From the NCBI GenBank assembly GCA_048128005.1, contig JBEUKZ010000076.1, forward strand, positions 1 through 64,000: 64,000 bases of DNA. Reading direction: 5' to 3'. This document shows, piece by piece, positions 47,363 to 58,200 of this stretch. Each line of letters starts with the position of its first letter. Positions within the stretch are counted from its first letter, which is position 1. The notes beneath the pieces were generated by a model. It saw only the letters and a program-made list of their open reading frames with translations. It was not told the DNA's origin and did not search any database. A program made the position numbers and the translations under genes. The stretch comes from Veleropilina oligotropha (taxonomy: Eukaryota).

Positions 47363-48865
47363 GTAACTGGTGTACTTTAGCTTAAGCGAATGTAAAAGTA
47401 TGTCAAGAAAATTTAATTGACATAGTTTCTGAAATTAAATAAGGTTGCAGTTCTCAGTTGATTATTATATCATTTATATTATATCATTTTTGAAGGAGAA
47501 AAAATACACTTCACCAAAATATTTTTCAAGATGATGACAGGCAAGAAGTATGAACTACATAGGAGGATAAGGCCATGAATTTTCTTGAATTAAAATGTAG
47601 TTAAACGAAATTGTGAGTTTCAAAGTATTGCTCCAAATTAAAATTACCTTTTAATGGATATTTACCTCGAACATCGGTCCAGCGTAGTAAAGGTTGCCCC
47701 GTTCTTATGACTTGAAATGATGGTTTCCGTTATTGTAATGTTGAAAGTCGATGTCAGATATCAATACTACTCGGTCAAACTAATACTAAAATGAGACAAA
47801 CCCGCTGTCTAACGTCATTTTGGTAGTGAGCGCAAATTTCATGCATCTGGTGACGTTGAAAAACATGGCGATCGCTTCGTTTGTACGACGTACGATGCGC
47901 CGCAACTACCGATCACGACTTCGCTCATCAATTTGAGCCCGTGTTGGGGGATCTACATAGATGATACCAGTAAATGTACATCCACACATTTAAAAAATAA
48001 TATCAAGTCCACTAAATAAGTATACAAGTATATTCGCATCCCACATAAATGTTAATTTCTTTCGTAAATACCTTTGTCACCACGCAATTTGTAATAAAGA
48101 CGCAATTTGTAATAAAATATTCTGTTAATAAAAAGTGTTTTCTTTCTAGTAATTTTACATTAGAAACACATTATATAAATGTGTGCAACTATAATATAAG
48201 ACGAATTCACGGATTAGAACACTAAAGTGGGGCAAACTCGCAAATTCCGCGTCATTAGACATGTTACATGCATTAGTGTATTGTTTATTTGAACAGCATA
48301 TGGTTTATATTGAGAATTATCACATGACAAAGCTGTTATGGAACGGTAGAAGCCGTTCCATAAATTTCGATACAATAAAACACGTATCATAGGTATCCAA
48401 ATGAGGGCGAGCATGACGCATGGTTGTCGCATCTGGCGCCAAGTTGATTAGGCGGCGCATTACCCTCATTAACATATTGAATAATTCATACGCGTTGGCT
48501 CGTCGATTACTGACGTTGAACTATTTTTTATTGGCGTACTGGCGTGGCGCGTGCTTTCGAGGCGTGATGCGTCTGAGGCAATGGCAATTTATGGCTGAAA
48601 GTACTGACAGAAATTAGTTTTAAAACGTAAAGAAATGTGTTTAAAAACGTAATAAAATAAGTTTAAAGGTAAATAAAGTCATGTGATAAAAAAGATGTGA
48701 AACTTGTGTCCATTTAATATGAGAATTATGAAACGAGTCGGGCACAATTTATGTACCGAGCCTCGTTCGATATCCTCTATTTCTGACTGTTAACCGTTGT
48801 ACAAAGCTCACGCTCGTCACTTTTCGTAAATTCATTTCATGCAATGACGATTTCTTTCTTTTCAG

Positions 48866-48923
48866 GCTTCGCTGTGATTACAGAGTAAAGGAATACTTCC
48901 AACGGCAAGGGATTTTGAATAAA
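48866..48923 (+). other. Candidate terminal exon for the coiled-coil locus (codes ASL-stop after exon B)
   Basis: Strong acceptor tttctttcttttcag, gct tcg ctg tga, AATAAA at 48918-48923. Confidence 0.5.
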
Positions 48924-49673
48924 TAGTATGAGTTGCTTTTGTAACTTGTACCTGGTACAGTCTCTTGTAGCATAAAAGTTACTATAAAACACTCATATAA
49001 AACATGTTTCTTATTTTATGTATGTGATTTTTTTAAAGCATTTAGATATTGTTTTTTGCTACATGATGTGCGTTGAACGCAATGCACGCATGCACAACAA
49101 CAAGGTTCCTAGATGTAGTATTGTTGTTTGTAACCAAAAATATTAGGAAACCACAATTTTTATGCTTATAAATATTTTCGATCAAACGGCATTAGCCTAC
49201 ACCGGTAGTCGTGTGGTATCGAGTGCCGACTCTGATATCAAGACACTGGAAATGCTCGTTACCAATGGTGACAACCAGACCACCCGGGAGCTCGTAAATC
49301 TTGTTTAGGGATGGTGATGTCGTGGCCAATCGCATTTCACATTTGATGTTTTAATAGGGCGACGTAACAAAATTTTTTTATTGTAACACGAAGAAATCGG
49401 GTTGACCATTTCGTACGTTCGAAGCAGATGACAAGTGGGTATGCTAATTCGTAATCGATATTGCCGAAGTAGGAGTGCAAACATGGCATAGGGTGTGAAT
49501 ACTGTAGTATGCCTCTTCGATATGGCAGTCGCACCGAACCATCGGTAGTAAATTTGAAGAACGTCTAAACCACAAGTAATATGACCATAATGACACAATC
49601 AGAATTATATGGGACCGTTCGCGTGGCATATTTCCGAATACATGTTCAATAAGTGCAAGGGTATTCAGATACA

Positions 49674-50449
49674 ACAAGGCAATCCGAGATTGCAAACCTT
49701 CGCCCCGGTGGCATGGAATGGTGGAAGCTAGAAATCTTTGCGAATAATAGTTGAAGAACATTTTGAGCCTAATTTGAATTTGTATGCCGAAGCGGGTTGT
49801 AGCGCTAGAGCCGAAAATCCGCAATCCGGAAATTGCTACATAAACTCCGGATTTTCTTTCCGACTCCGATTATCTGTAACGAGGACCGAACCCTATCTTG
49901 TTTAAAAAAGTAAGTAAATCGGTCCAATGGTCGTTGACTTTAGCCGAAAAAGCGGAAACGGGAAATTGCCTTATAAAATCCGAATCCGATTTTCAACTCC
50001 AATCATATTTGAGGAGGACCGATCCTAGGGTGAACCCTATCTTGTGTCAAAAACTCGATAAATCGGTTCAATGGTCGTTAAAATATAGCAGAAAAACGGA
50101 AAATTGTGTCATAAAATCCGGATCCGATTTCGATCATCTTTGAAGAGGGCCGAGCTTAGGGTGGGTCATACCGTGTGTGAAAAATGATAGATATAAATCG
50201 GATCAATGGTTGTTGAGATATGCCCGCGGACAGACAATACGCAAACCTGAAATTGCGTTATAAAATCCGAATCCGCTTTTCGATGCGGATCATCTTTGAG
50301 GAGGACCGACCGTATGGTTGACCCTATCTCGTGTACACAAATTAAGTAAATCGAATCAATGGTTGTTGAGCCATGCTCACGGACAGACACACAGACAAAC
50401 CGACCCGATTGCAATACCTTCTCCCACCACTACGTGGACGAAGGTAATA
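49674..50449 (-). mobile_element. Helentron-type non-autonomous element
   Basis: Hairpin gcaatccgagattgc next to aacaag, internal tandem units (gaggaccga...ccctatctt...aaatcgg), acagac tract, accttc...gaaggt end. Confidence 0.6.
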
Positions 50450-50542
50450 ACAATGCTTACTGTCCGATCGCCGCTGAGCCGGGTACTGGAGTACATTCAG
50501 AAGAAGTCTGTAATGGAGCTTGTCTATCTCGTAACAGTCGAT

Positions 50543-50817
50543 GCCGCTTCGACAGTACAGTGGTATCGGTTGTGGACTCCGAAAATCACTGACTTGATTC
50601 CGACGACGCGAACAGTAGTTGGTTCAAACCTCGCCAGGGACAGCACACATTTGCTGAAGTTATGAATCACAGTTGTCCGTAACTGGTCGGAGAGAGCAGG
50701 TTTACCCGGGAGACCGGGCTTTCCTTCCGCGATCATACGGACATGTCCTGCTGTAAATCAAATGATGGTTGAAAATATGTATACAGGCCATTAAGCATCG
50801 ATCCTTTCCATTCCTTT
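50543..50817 (+). mobile_element. Full-length tRNA-derived SINE
   Basis: gccgcttcgacagtacagtggtatcgg head, ggttcaaacc B box, TTTCC tail, direct repeat tcgtaacagtc on both sides. Confidence 0.8.
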
Positions 50818-51007
50818 CGTAACAGTCAAGGTGCGTCCCACTGTTCACCGAAGCATCTGTATAAAGGTAGGCCCATGTATCAAGATCCAGCAATAGGATG
50901 GGTGTGGGTACAACCTTACACCAGCTTCAACGTTGATATAGTTTCGAATGTTGCAATTAATGTAGATTATGTTTCGGGATATTAGGCGCCTACCCAGGAG
51001 AGGCCTG

Positions 51008-51294
51008 GCCCCGCTTGCATAAAGATACTTAAGTTGAGATTTTCCTCAAGTCTGAGATTTCATGACGTCACGTTCTAAATGGCTTGCGTAAAACTTCTTA
51101 AAGGAAATATGTGCATTATTTCCTGAAATATTTGAGGCAGGAAGCTACCTAGCAGTCTGAAATGTGTAAGGAAATAATGCAATATTTCCTAAGATACTTA
51201 GCGTAAGAAGTTTTATGCAAGCCATTTTGAACGTGACGTCATGAAATCTGACTTGAGGAAAATCTCAACTTAAGTATCTTTATGCAAGCGGGGC
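51008..51294. mobile_element. Palindromic PIF/Harbinger-type MITE
   Basis: TIR gccccgcttgcataaagatacttaagttgagattttcctcaagtc and its reverse complement; 3-bp TSD CTG. Confidence 0.82.
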
Positions 51295-52921
51295 CTGGTC
51301 ACCACTCGAGCAGGATGGTTGGATAGCAAAAGTCCGTCCCCCCTTTATCTTTTGGTGATCTTCACAAGCACCGCAAGGCTTCTCCTTACAATAACAAATA
51401 CACCAGTTCAATTGTACATTTACAATTTCTACATCAGAAAATATATATAGGAATCAAATAATATTTTGGAGATTGATGGTCAGCGAAATATCTTGGGACA
51501 AACTGTGACAGGTTTCTTCTTAAAATAAAAGCATTACTATCAGCATCACAGAATGGTGTAAGTGAAGCGAGTTACGTGTCAAATATGGTATTAATATACC
51601 AAACATCCATGAATGAATGCAGAGGTATACTGTACATAAACCAAAGATCAATGTGTACCTACTCGCAGGTCAACACAAATACGGCATATAAACATGTTGG
51701 CTTGTCAACGGGGATTGTTTATTCATCTATTCGCTGGAGAGTAACACATCGATATGCTTTGAAACTTATGCAGACACTATACAGGCCTACAAAGCACGAT
51801 TTCTATTGCAGCGATTCCAATTCGGTTCGTGGTATGTTCTCAAGAGTATGCATTTCCATTTAATTATTTCCGCGCGTATATACGGAATGTCGAGAACGTC
51901 AGTCATCACATGGGGATTTCAAGGGGCTAGACAATTTTTTTCTCGTTATGGGATGTCGTACACGCGAGAGTCTATGACCCGGTACCCGGAAAAGTCTCTC
52001 CCAGGTCATCCTTTTCCCGCTCTTGATTATCGCGTGCATAAAGGCGAACATGAAAATGTTCATGTATGTTTGTGTCTGACCGATTTTTCTGTCTGAGATT
52101 TCGTGCGCAGAATAGTTATATGCATCTACGATCCATGTCTGCATGAGAGTGAACTGAACTGTATCCATTTTCGAGACCGAGCCACGGATACACCGTACTT
52201 GCATAAAATTTCAAGTATATCGGATCAATATTTTTCGAGTTACGCTGCGAACAGGCAGGACGCGGGCGGTCACGCGGACGGAGAGTTACACGTGGGCGGT
52301 AAAAATGGAACATATGATATTTGTAGTGGCAAAACACACTCAAGCTGAGAACAGACAGGACGCGGGCGGAAAAGTCACGCGGGCGGCAAGTGGAAGTCAA
52401 GCGGAAAAACAAAACACACTGGATGCGTCTACCAAGCGGCAAATCATGCATTGGTACCGGTACAAGGGCTTGCATCACATTCCCTTTTTTATGTATTGGA
52501 TTTATGTTTTCAAACACGATGTTTTCTTAGAATTTGAGCAGTGTTTTGCCACTACAAATATCATATGTTCCATTTTTACCGCCCGCGTGTAACTCTCCGT
52601 CCGCTTGACCGCTCGCGTCCTGTCTGTTCGCAGCTTAACGCGGACGGCAGGCAAGCGGGCGTCACGCGGGCGGATAGAATCGCTTCTGTAGCGATTTTTG
52701 ACGCGTGAGATTTTTGCCGCTTGGGGAGATTCCCGTTTGTGACGTTTTTAAGTATGGGTTATTAAGCCAGATAGAGGGTTTTCCTTCCAGGAAAGACCTG
52801 GCGGAGTTAATATAAGACAATGGTTATCGGACAAGTCAATCCGAGGGCTTTATTTCCATGCAGTTAAAATACGACATCTTATACACACTGTGATCATACA
52901 TTGTTATATTTTAAATGTTAC

Positions 52922-55451
52922 CAAATTCAAATCAAATCAAATCAAATCCCAGTTGTGTTTGTTGCGGTTTGAGATGAACTTGTTGTGAAGCATTTTCTTT
53001 TGGTATATTTCTTGTCTTAGTCTTTTATTCATGAATGGTGCTTGGTTTATTCTAGGTTTTCTTTGTTTCATTGGGGCGTGTTTGTTTATTATGTCTATCA
53101 ATGTGCTGTTGAATTGGTTGTATGCTGTGTTTACATCTGTGTGCTTGATAGTTTCTTTCAATAATGCATTACTAAAAGAAACTATCAAGCACACAGATGT
53201 AAACACAGCATACAACCAATTCAACAGCACATTGATAGACATAATAAACAAACACGCCCCAATGAAACAAAGAAAACCTAGAATAAACCAAGCACCATTC
53301 ATGAATAAAAGACTAAGACAAGAAATATACCAAAAGAAAATGCTTCACAACAAGTTCATCTCAAACCGCAACAAACACAACTGGGAGAAGTACAGAACTC
53401 AAAGAAATAAAGTCACCAAATTCAGAAAAAAATCAATAAAACAGTACTTCACAGACAGATGTATAGGTGGGCAAAATACGCAAAATTTTTGGACGACTAT
53501 AAAACCTTTTATTACAAACAAAGGCTGTCAAAAACAAGTAGACATTATTTTGGAAGAACAGGATAAAATAGTAAATGAACAAACTGAAGTTACAGAAATT
53601 TTAAATAACTTTTTCGTAAATGTTGCAAAAGATATTGGGTCAAACAGCCGCCCCATTGATGAGGAACACCCTAGCCTACAGGTAATAACAGATAACAAGC
53701 AAAATGATACAATTTTTACATTCAAACCTGTAGATGAGGACTTCATAAACAAGCAACTTAATAAAATAAATCCGAAGAAAGCAACAGGACACGACAATAT
53801 CTCGCCCAAACTACTACGACTAGCACAACCTTGCATTATTAAACCCATAACTACACTTATCAACCTTTCACTTACTACATCTAAATTTCCAGACTCACTA
53901 AAAACAGCACAAGTTAGACCAATACACAAAAAGAACAGCACACTAGACAAAGGAAACTATAGACCTGTAAGTATACTCCCGGCACTTTCCAAGGTATTCG
54001 AGAGATCCATACACTCTCAACTCAGTGACTTCTTTGATGGTGTCTTTCACCCCTACCTATCTGCATTCAGAGCAGGGTATGGGTGTCAGACGGCATTATT
54101 GCGTGCCATTGAGGACTGGAAAATGGCACTGGACCAAAACAAGTATGTGGGATGCATACTGATGGATCTCTCGAAGGCCTTTGACTGTTTACCTCATAAT
54201 CTCCTTTTACTAAAGTTAAAAACATATGGACTATCAAGTTCGGCTACAGACCTAATTTCAGATTACCTCAAAAATAGAAAACAAAATGTAAAATTAGGAA
54301 ACTACACTAGTGATTTTATGGCACTCTATAAAGGAGTCCCTCAAGGCTCAATTTTAGGCCCAATTCTGTTCAATATCTTCATTAACGACATCTTTCATTT
54401 CATAAACCACTGCGACTTATACAATTACGCCGACGACAACACTATCAGTAAATCACATAGTTCATTAGAAACAGTAAAATCCTCTCTACAAACCGACAGC
54501 GCTTCCCTCATACAATGGTTCGCAGATAACCACATGAAAGCTAACCAAGACAAATTCCAAGCCATGGCAATAGGTAAAAAAACACATAAAGAAAACATCA
54601 CTTTCCAAATAGGCAATAACATGATTAAATGCGAACCGGAAGTTAAACTGCTAGGAGTCACAATAGACTTTCAATTAAATTTCCATACACACGTCTCAAA
54701 CATCTGCAAAAAAGCATCCAAGCAACTCAACGCACTAAAACGAATAGGAAAACACTTAAACAGACTAGGCAAACTCACCATCTATCATTCTTTCATTCTT
54801 TCGAATTTTAATTTCTGCCCACTTGCATGGCACTTTTGTGGCGAAACAAACACCAAAAAAATGGAAAAAATTCAGGAAAGAGCACTCAAATTTATCTATA
54901 ACGAACACGATAATACATATGAAAATCTACTAGCCCGATCAAAACTACCCTCACTTAAAATTAGGCGCCTAAGAAATTTTGCAATAGAAGTATACAAAAT
55001 CACCAACAAACAAACACCCACATACCTACACGATCTTATCAATATTACAGAAAAACCATACGCATTCAGATACCACAATACAGCAGAGATCCCACAGGTT
55101 AGGACCACAAATCATGGCAAACACTCTTTTCGATCAGAGGCACCTAAAATTTGGAACTCCCTACCAGACCACTTTAGGACAACAACTACACTGACACAAT
55201 TCAAGACACTGATAAACAGCTGGTATGGGCCAAAATGCAAATGCAATACATGCAGACAGTACAAATAGGCAAAATACATATCCATATCTCGCTCCTGATT
55301 TTAATAAATCCCTGTTTTAAATAGTTTTGTTTTTGTACGATTTGTATTGTGTATGTATTTTATGTGTCGGTTTTAATAGCTCAGTAGAGCTAATGTTGTA
55401 TTTGTTTTAACATGTACCGACGTAAAATAAAACTTGATTTGATTTGATTTG
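52922..55451 (+). mobile_element. 5'-truncated CR1/L2-group LINE with fold-back 5' end and (ATTTG)n tail
   Basis: RT ORF open from about 53160 to 55268; AATAAA plus (ATTTG)3 at 55426-55451; 212-bp inverted duplication 52947-53158 / 53175-53386. Confidence 0.9.
53162..55268 (+). CDS. LINE ORF2 fragment (RT domain uninterrupted, endonuclease missing)
   Basis: KATGHD, NYRPVSILP, MDLSKAFD, GVPQGSILGP, YADDNT, CKCNTC; the first ~43 aa of the listed ORF (from 53031) come from the inverted arm. Confidence 0.85.
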
Positions 55452-56560
55452 CTAAATGAAATCACTGGACGGCGATCATAATGAAGATGGTGAATAATTA
55501 ATTAATTATTAGCAATGTTCATTGGTCAAAGTGCTCACATTCTAAGAAAACATCGTGTTTGAAAACATAAATCCAATACATAAACCAGGTATTATGATGC
55601 AAGCCCTTGTGCCAATACACGATTTGCCGCTTGGTAGACGCATCCAGTGTGTTTTGTTTTTCCGCTTGAGTTCCGCTTGCCGCCCGCGTGACTTTTCCGC
55701 CCGTGTCCTGTCTGTTCTCAGCTTAATTATACGTACGTACAATCATGCAGTGGATGGCGATGAGCGAGTTCCCACAATGGCCGACGTCAGAACAAATTCT
55801 CGGGACAACACGAAATATATTGTAATGGTACCGAACCCTGCTAAACTATCACTGACCCTATTAGATGTCCATGAAATGTGTACCTAACCCTAAACTTCAT
55901 ATATTCCATGGGCATTGGACCAGTGGTAGTTAAGCAGAGTTCGCTACCATTACAATATATTTATTGTTTTATATGACGGGCTGCCCAAATTCTCCTTGCT
56001 TCAAATTTTCACATTGTGACACAATAGGGCTGCTCGCAATTGACGTCACACATGCGGACAAATACATGCAGACTTCATTGCATTTGACCATTGTTTGTCC
56101 GCTTTCTACCTGCGGACAGTCTATTTATATCATTTTACTGCAATTGTGAGGAACCCTATTACACGCAGCGGGTGTCAGTGATGCACATTTCCAATAACCA
56201 TGTCAATTAGAGTTATTCCCCTTCTCGTAACATACAGTTTATCTTCTGATTTAAAGATGGCAAACAACAAACAAAATTTAATGACACCAGAGGTAAAAAA
56301 ATGATATTAAAAGCAAATCAAACTGGTAATTCTGTCAATAAAATTGATGAAATATCATATGAAAAAAATAGAGAACTGCAAACATGTGTAAAGAGGAGGT
56401 TACTGAGAAAATAATCCACGAAATTGGAAGCCAAGAAAAACAGGAAACAGAGCTAAACGATCACTTTTTCGCTTGGTAAAAAACAATCTCCGGCAGTCTT
56501 TAACATGTTTAACGAACATATATAACAATATTTTTAGTCAAAATGTTGATCAAGAACCTT

Positions 56561-56825
56561 GCCGCTCCGCGACAGTCGTGTGGTTTCGGTTGCAGACTCC
56601 GACAAATCACTGGCTTGATCCCGCTGACACGAACAGTAGTGGGTTCGAACCATCGTTGGACATAATTTGTTAAAGTTATTAATCACCGTTGTCCGTAACT
56701 TGTCTGAGAGGGTCGGTTTCCCCGGCGACCGAGCTTTCCTCTCGCGATAATGTGGACAAGTCCTACTTTGAAGCTGATGGTTGGAAACATACAGGACTTT
56801 AAGGATCGATCCTTTCCTTTCCTTT
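56561..56825 (+). mobile_element. tRNA-derived SINE (family of 50543); further partial copy at 57033-57162
   Basis: Same head, core and cctttcctttcc tail. Confidence 0.72.
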
Positions 56826-57284
56826 TATCAAGAACCAACGATCCATCATTTACTAAACATTTTTTAAATCGTCCCCGGATCTTCCAAGATTTATAACGTC
56901 CCTTGCCATGCGTTAACATCTTGTGGAAAATATTTCAATTAAGTAAACAAGGTAGTGATATAACAATAAGGATCGCTTAATTTGTGTCTTAAATGAAATT
57001 TGGCTGACGTTCATTTACATTATTATATAAAGGCCGCTTCGACAGTACAGTGGTATTCCGAAAATCACTGACTTGTTTCCGCTGACGCGAACAGTAGTGG
57101 GTTCGACCCCCGGCTGAGGCATCACACATTTGTTCAAGTTATGAAGCACAGTTGTCCGTGACATACATACGTACGGAGTCGATTGAAAGGAGAAGCGAGG
57201 TCCTTGATTAATAAAATCAGGAAACGAAAGAAGACTTGGATTGGTCCTCCAGAGTCAATGGCAATTAGTTTTGATAAGGATGAT

Positions 57285-57510
57285 GCCGTCGTGGCACAGT
57301 GGGTTGTTCGCAGGACTCAGGTCACAGAGTCCCGGGTTCTCCCCCAAAGCTCGGCGATTTCAGTTGGGCAAGGAAATAAGCATATATTTGCCTCGGTCCA
57401 CCCAGCCGATCTGAATGGGTACCTGGTTGGAAGTTGGCTACCCGCGTGTACATGATTGTAATGCTCTCAGAGAAAGTTGATATGTTATATCGAGTGGAAC
57501 AGGCCCATAA
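57285..57510 (+). mobile_element. tRNA-derived SINE with CORE/Deu-like central domain
   Basis: gtggcacagtgg A box, gggttctccccc B-like box, tgggcaagg...ttgcctcggtccacccagc...aatgggtacc; related copy at about 31380-31510. Confidence 0.55.
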
Positions 57511-58035
57511 TCGAATACCAGTCAATAGGGCGCACGGTCGATAGGGCGTAGTCAATCTACAAAATAATTTAAAATGTTGCGGTCAATAGGGCGTACTGCT
57601 AATGCAGGGATTTTCCTGACCGTGACGCAGGAATTTTGCGAAATGAGGTGTCGCAGGACCTGACAAATTGTACACATTGCATCCAGAGGACGCTAAATAA
57701 TAATTTACGGAAATAGTAAATAAAAGGATGTAACTCTAACAGCGAGAAAAATCTCACCGCTGAATGTTCTAATCTAAAGGCGAAAATGTCAGATTTCAAT
57801 AAAGTTACTATTGTTACTGGGGGTCATAACATTTAAGCCTGCCGAACGTTTAGTAAACTTTTATGAATTTGCGTTAATGAATTTAAGTTAATTACGTTTT
57901 TCTGATGATAAAATATGAAACTGTCATCATAAAAATTATATTAATGACAAAGTATGAAACTGTCACTAGGGGCGCTCTATTGACCCCGCCCAATCGACTG
58001 TACGCCCTATCGACTGTCTTCCCCATAACCAGGGG

Positions 58036-58200
58036 TAATAATATAAGTTGTCGGCATTGCCCGAGGGGAATATGGGTCTATGTAGGCCTACCTGTTTGTG
58101 AGAATTTATTAACCGAGACGAAGTCGAGGTTAATAAATTCTCACTAACGGTACATAGACCCATATTTCAGGAGGGCTATGCCAACAACGAATTTATCTTA
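58036..58200. repeat. Imperfect hairpin element centred on ccgagacgaagtcgagg
   Basis: gtgagaatttattaacc / ggttaataaattctcac and aatatgggtctatgta / tacatagacccatatt inverted pairs. Confidence 0.6.

Larger units (their letters stand above)
52240..55727. repeat. Two interleaved inverted-repeat pairs with PIF/Harbinger-like ends (about 52240-52343 with 52533-52638; 52342-52538 with 55532-55727)
   Basis: Termini GCTG(A/C)GAACAG(A/G)CAGGAC next to TTA/TAA; arms are reverse complements. Confidence 0.65.

Noticed and set aside
47531..47578. Alternative last exon for protein B (MMTGKKYELHRRIRP)
   Set aside because: Weaker AAG acceptor than 48866; cannot be excluded without RNA data
52937..53302. ORF with hydrophobic, signal-like N-terminus (MNGAWFILGFLCF...) on both strands
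   Set aside because: Produced by the inverted duplication; it is antisense LINE sequence, not a membrane-targeted RT
56258..56560. Possible Tc1 transposase N-terminal remnant (KPRKT...RSLFRLVKNNLRQSL)
   Set aside because: Too degraded; no catalytic domain or TIRs identified
57519..58024. Inverted gtcaatagggcg-type repeats, probable MITE remnant
   Set aside because: Left end appears truncated and no TSD could be established
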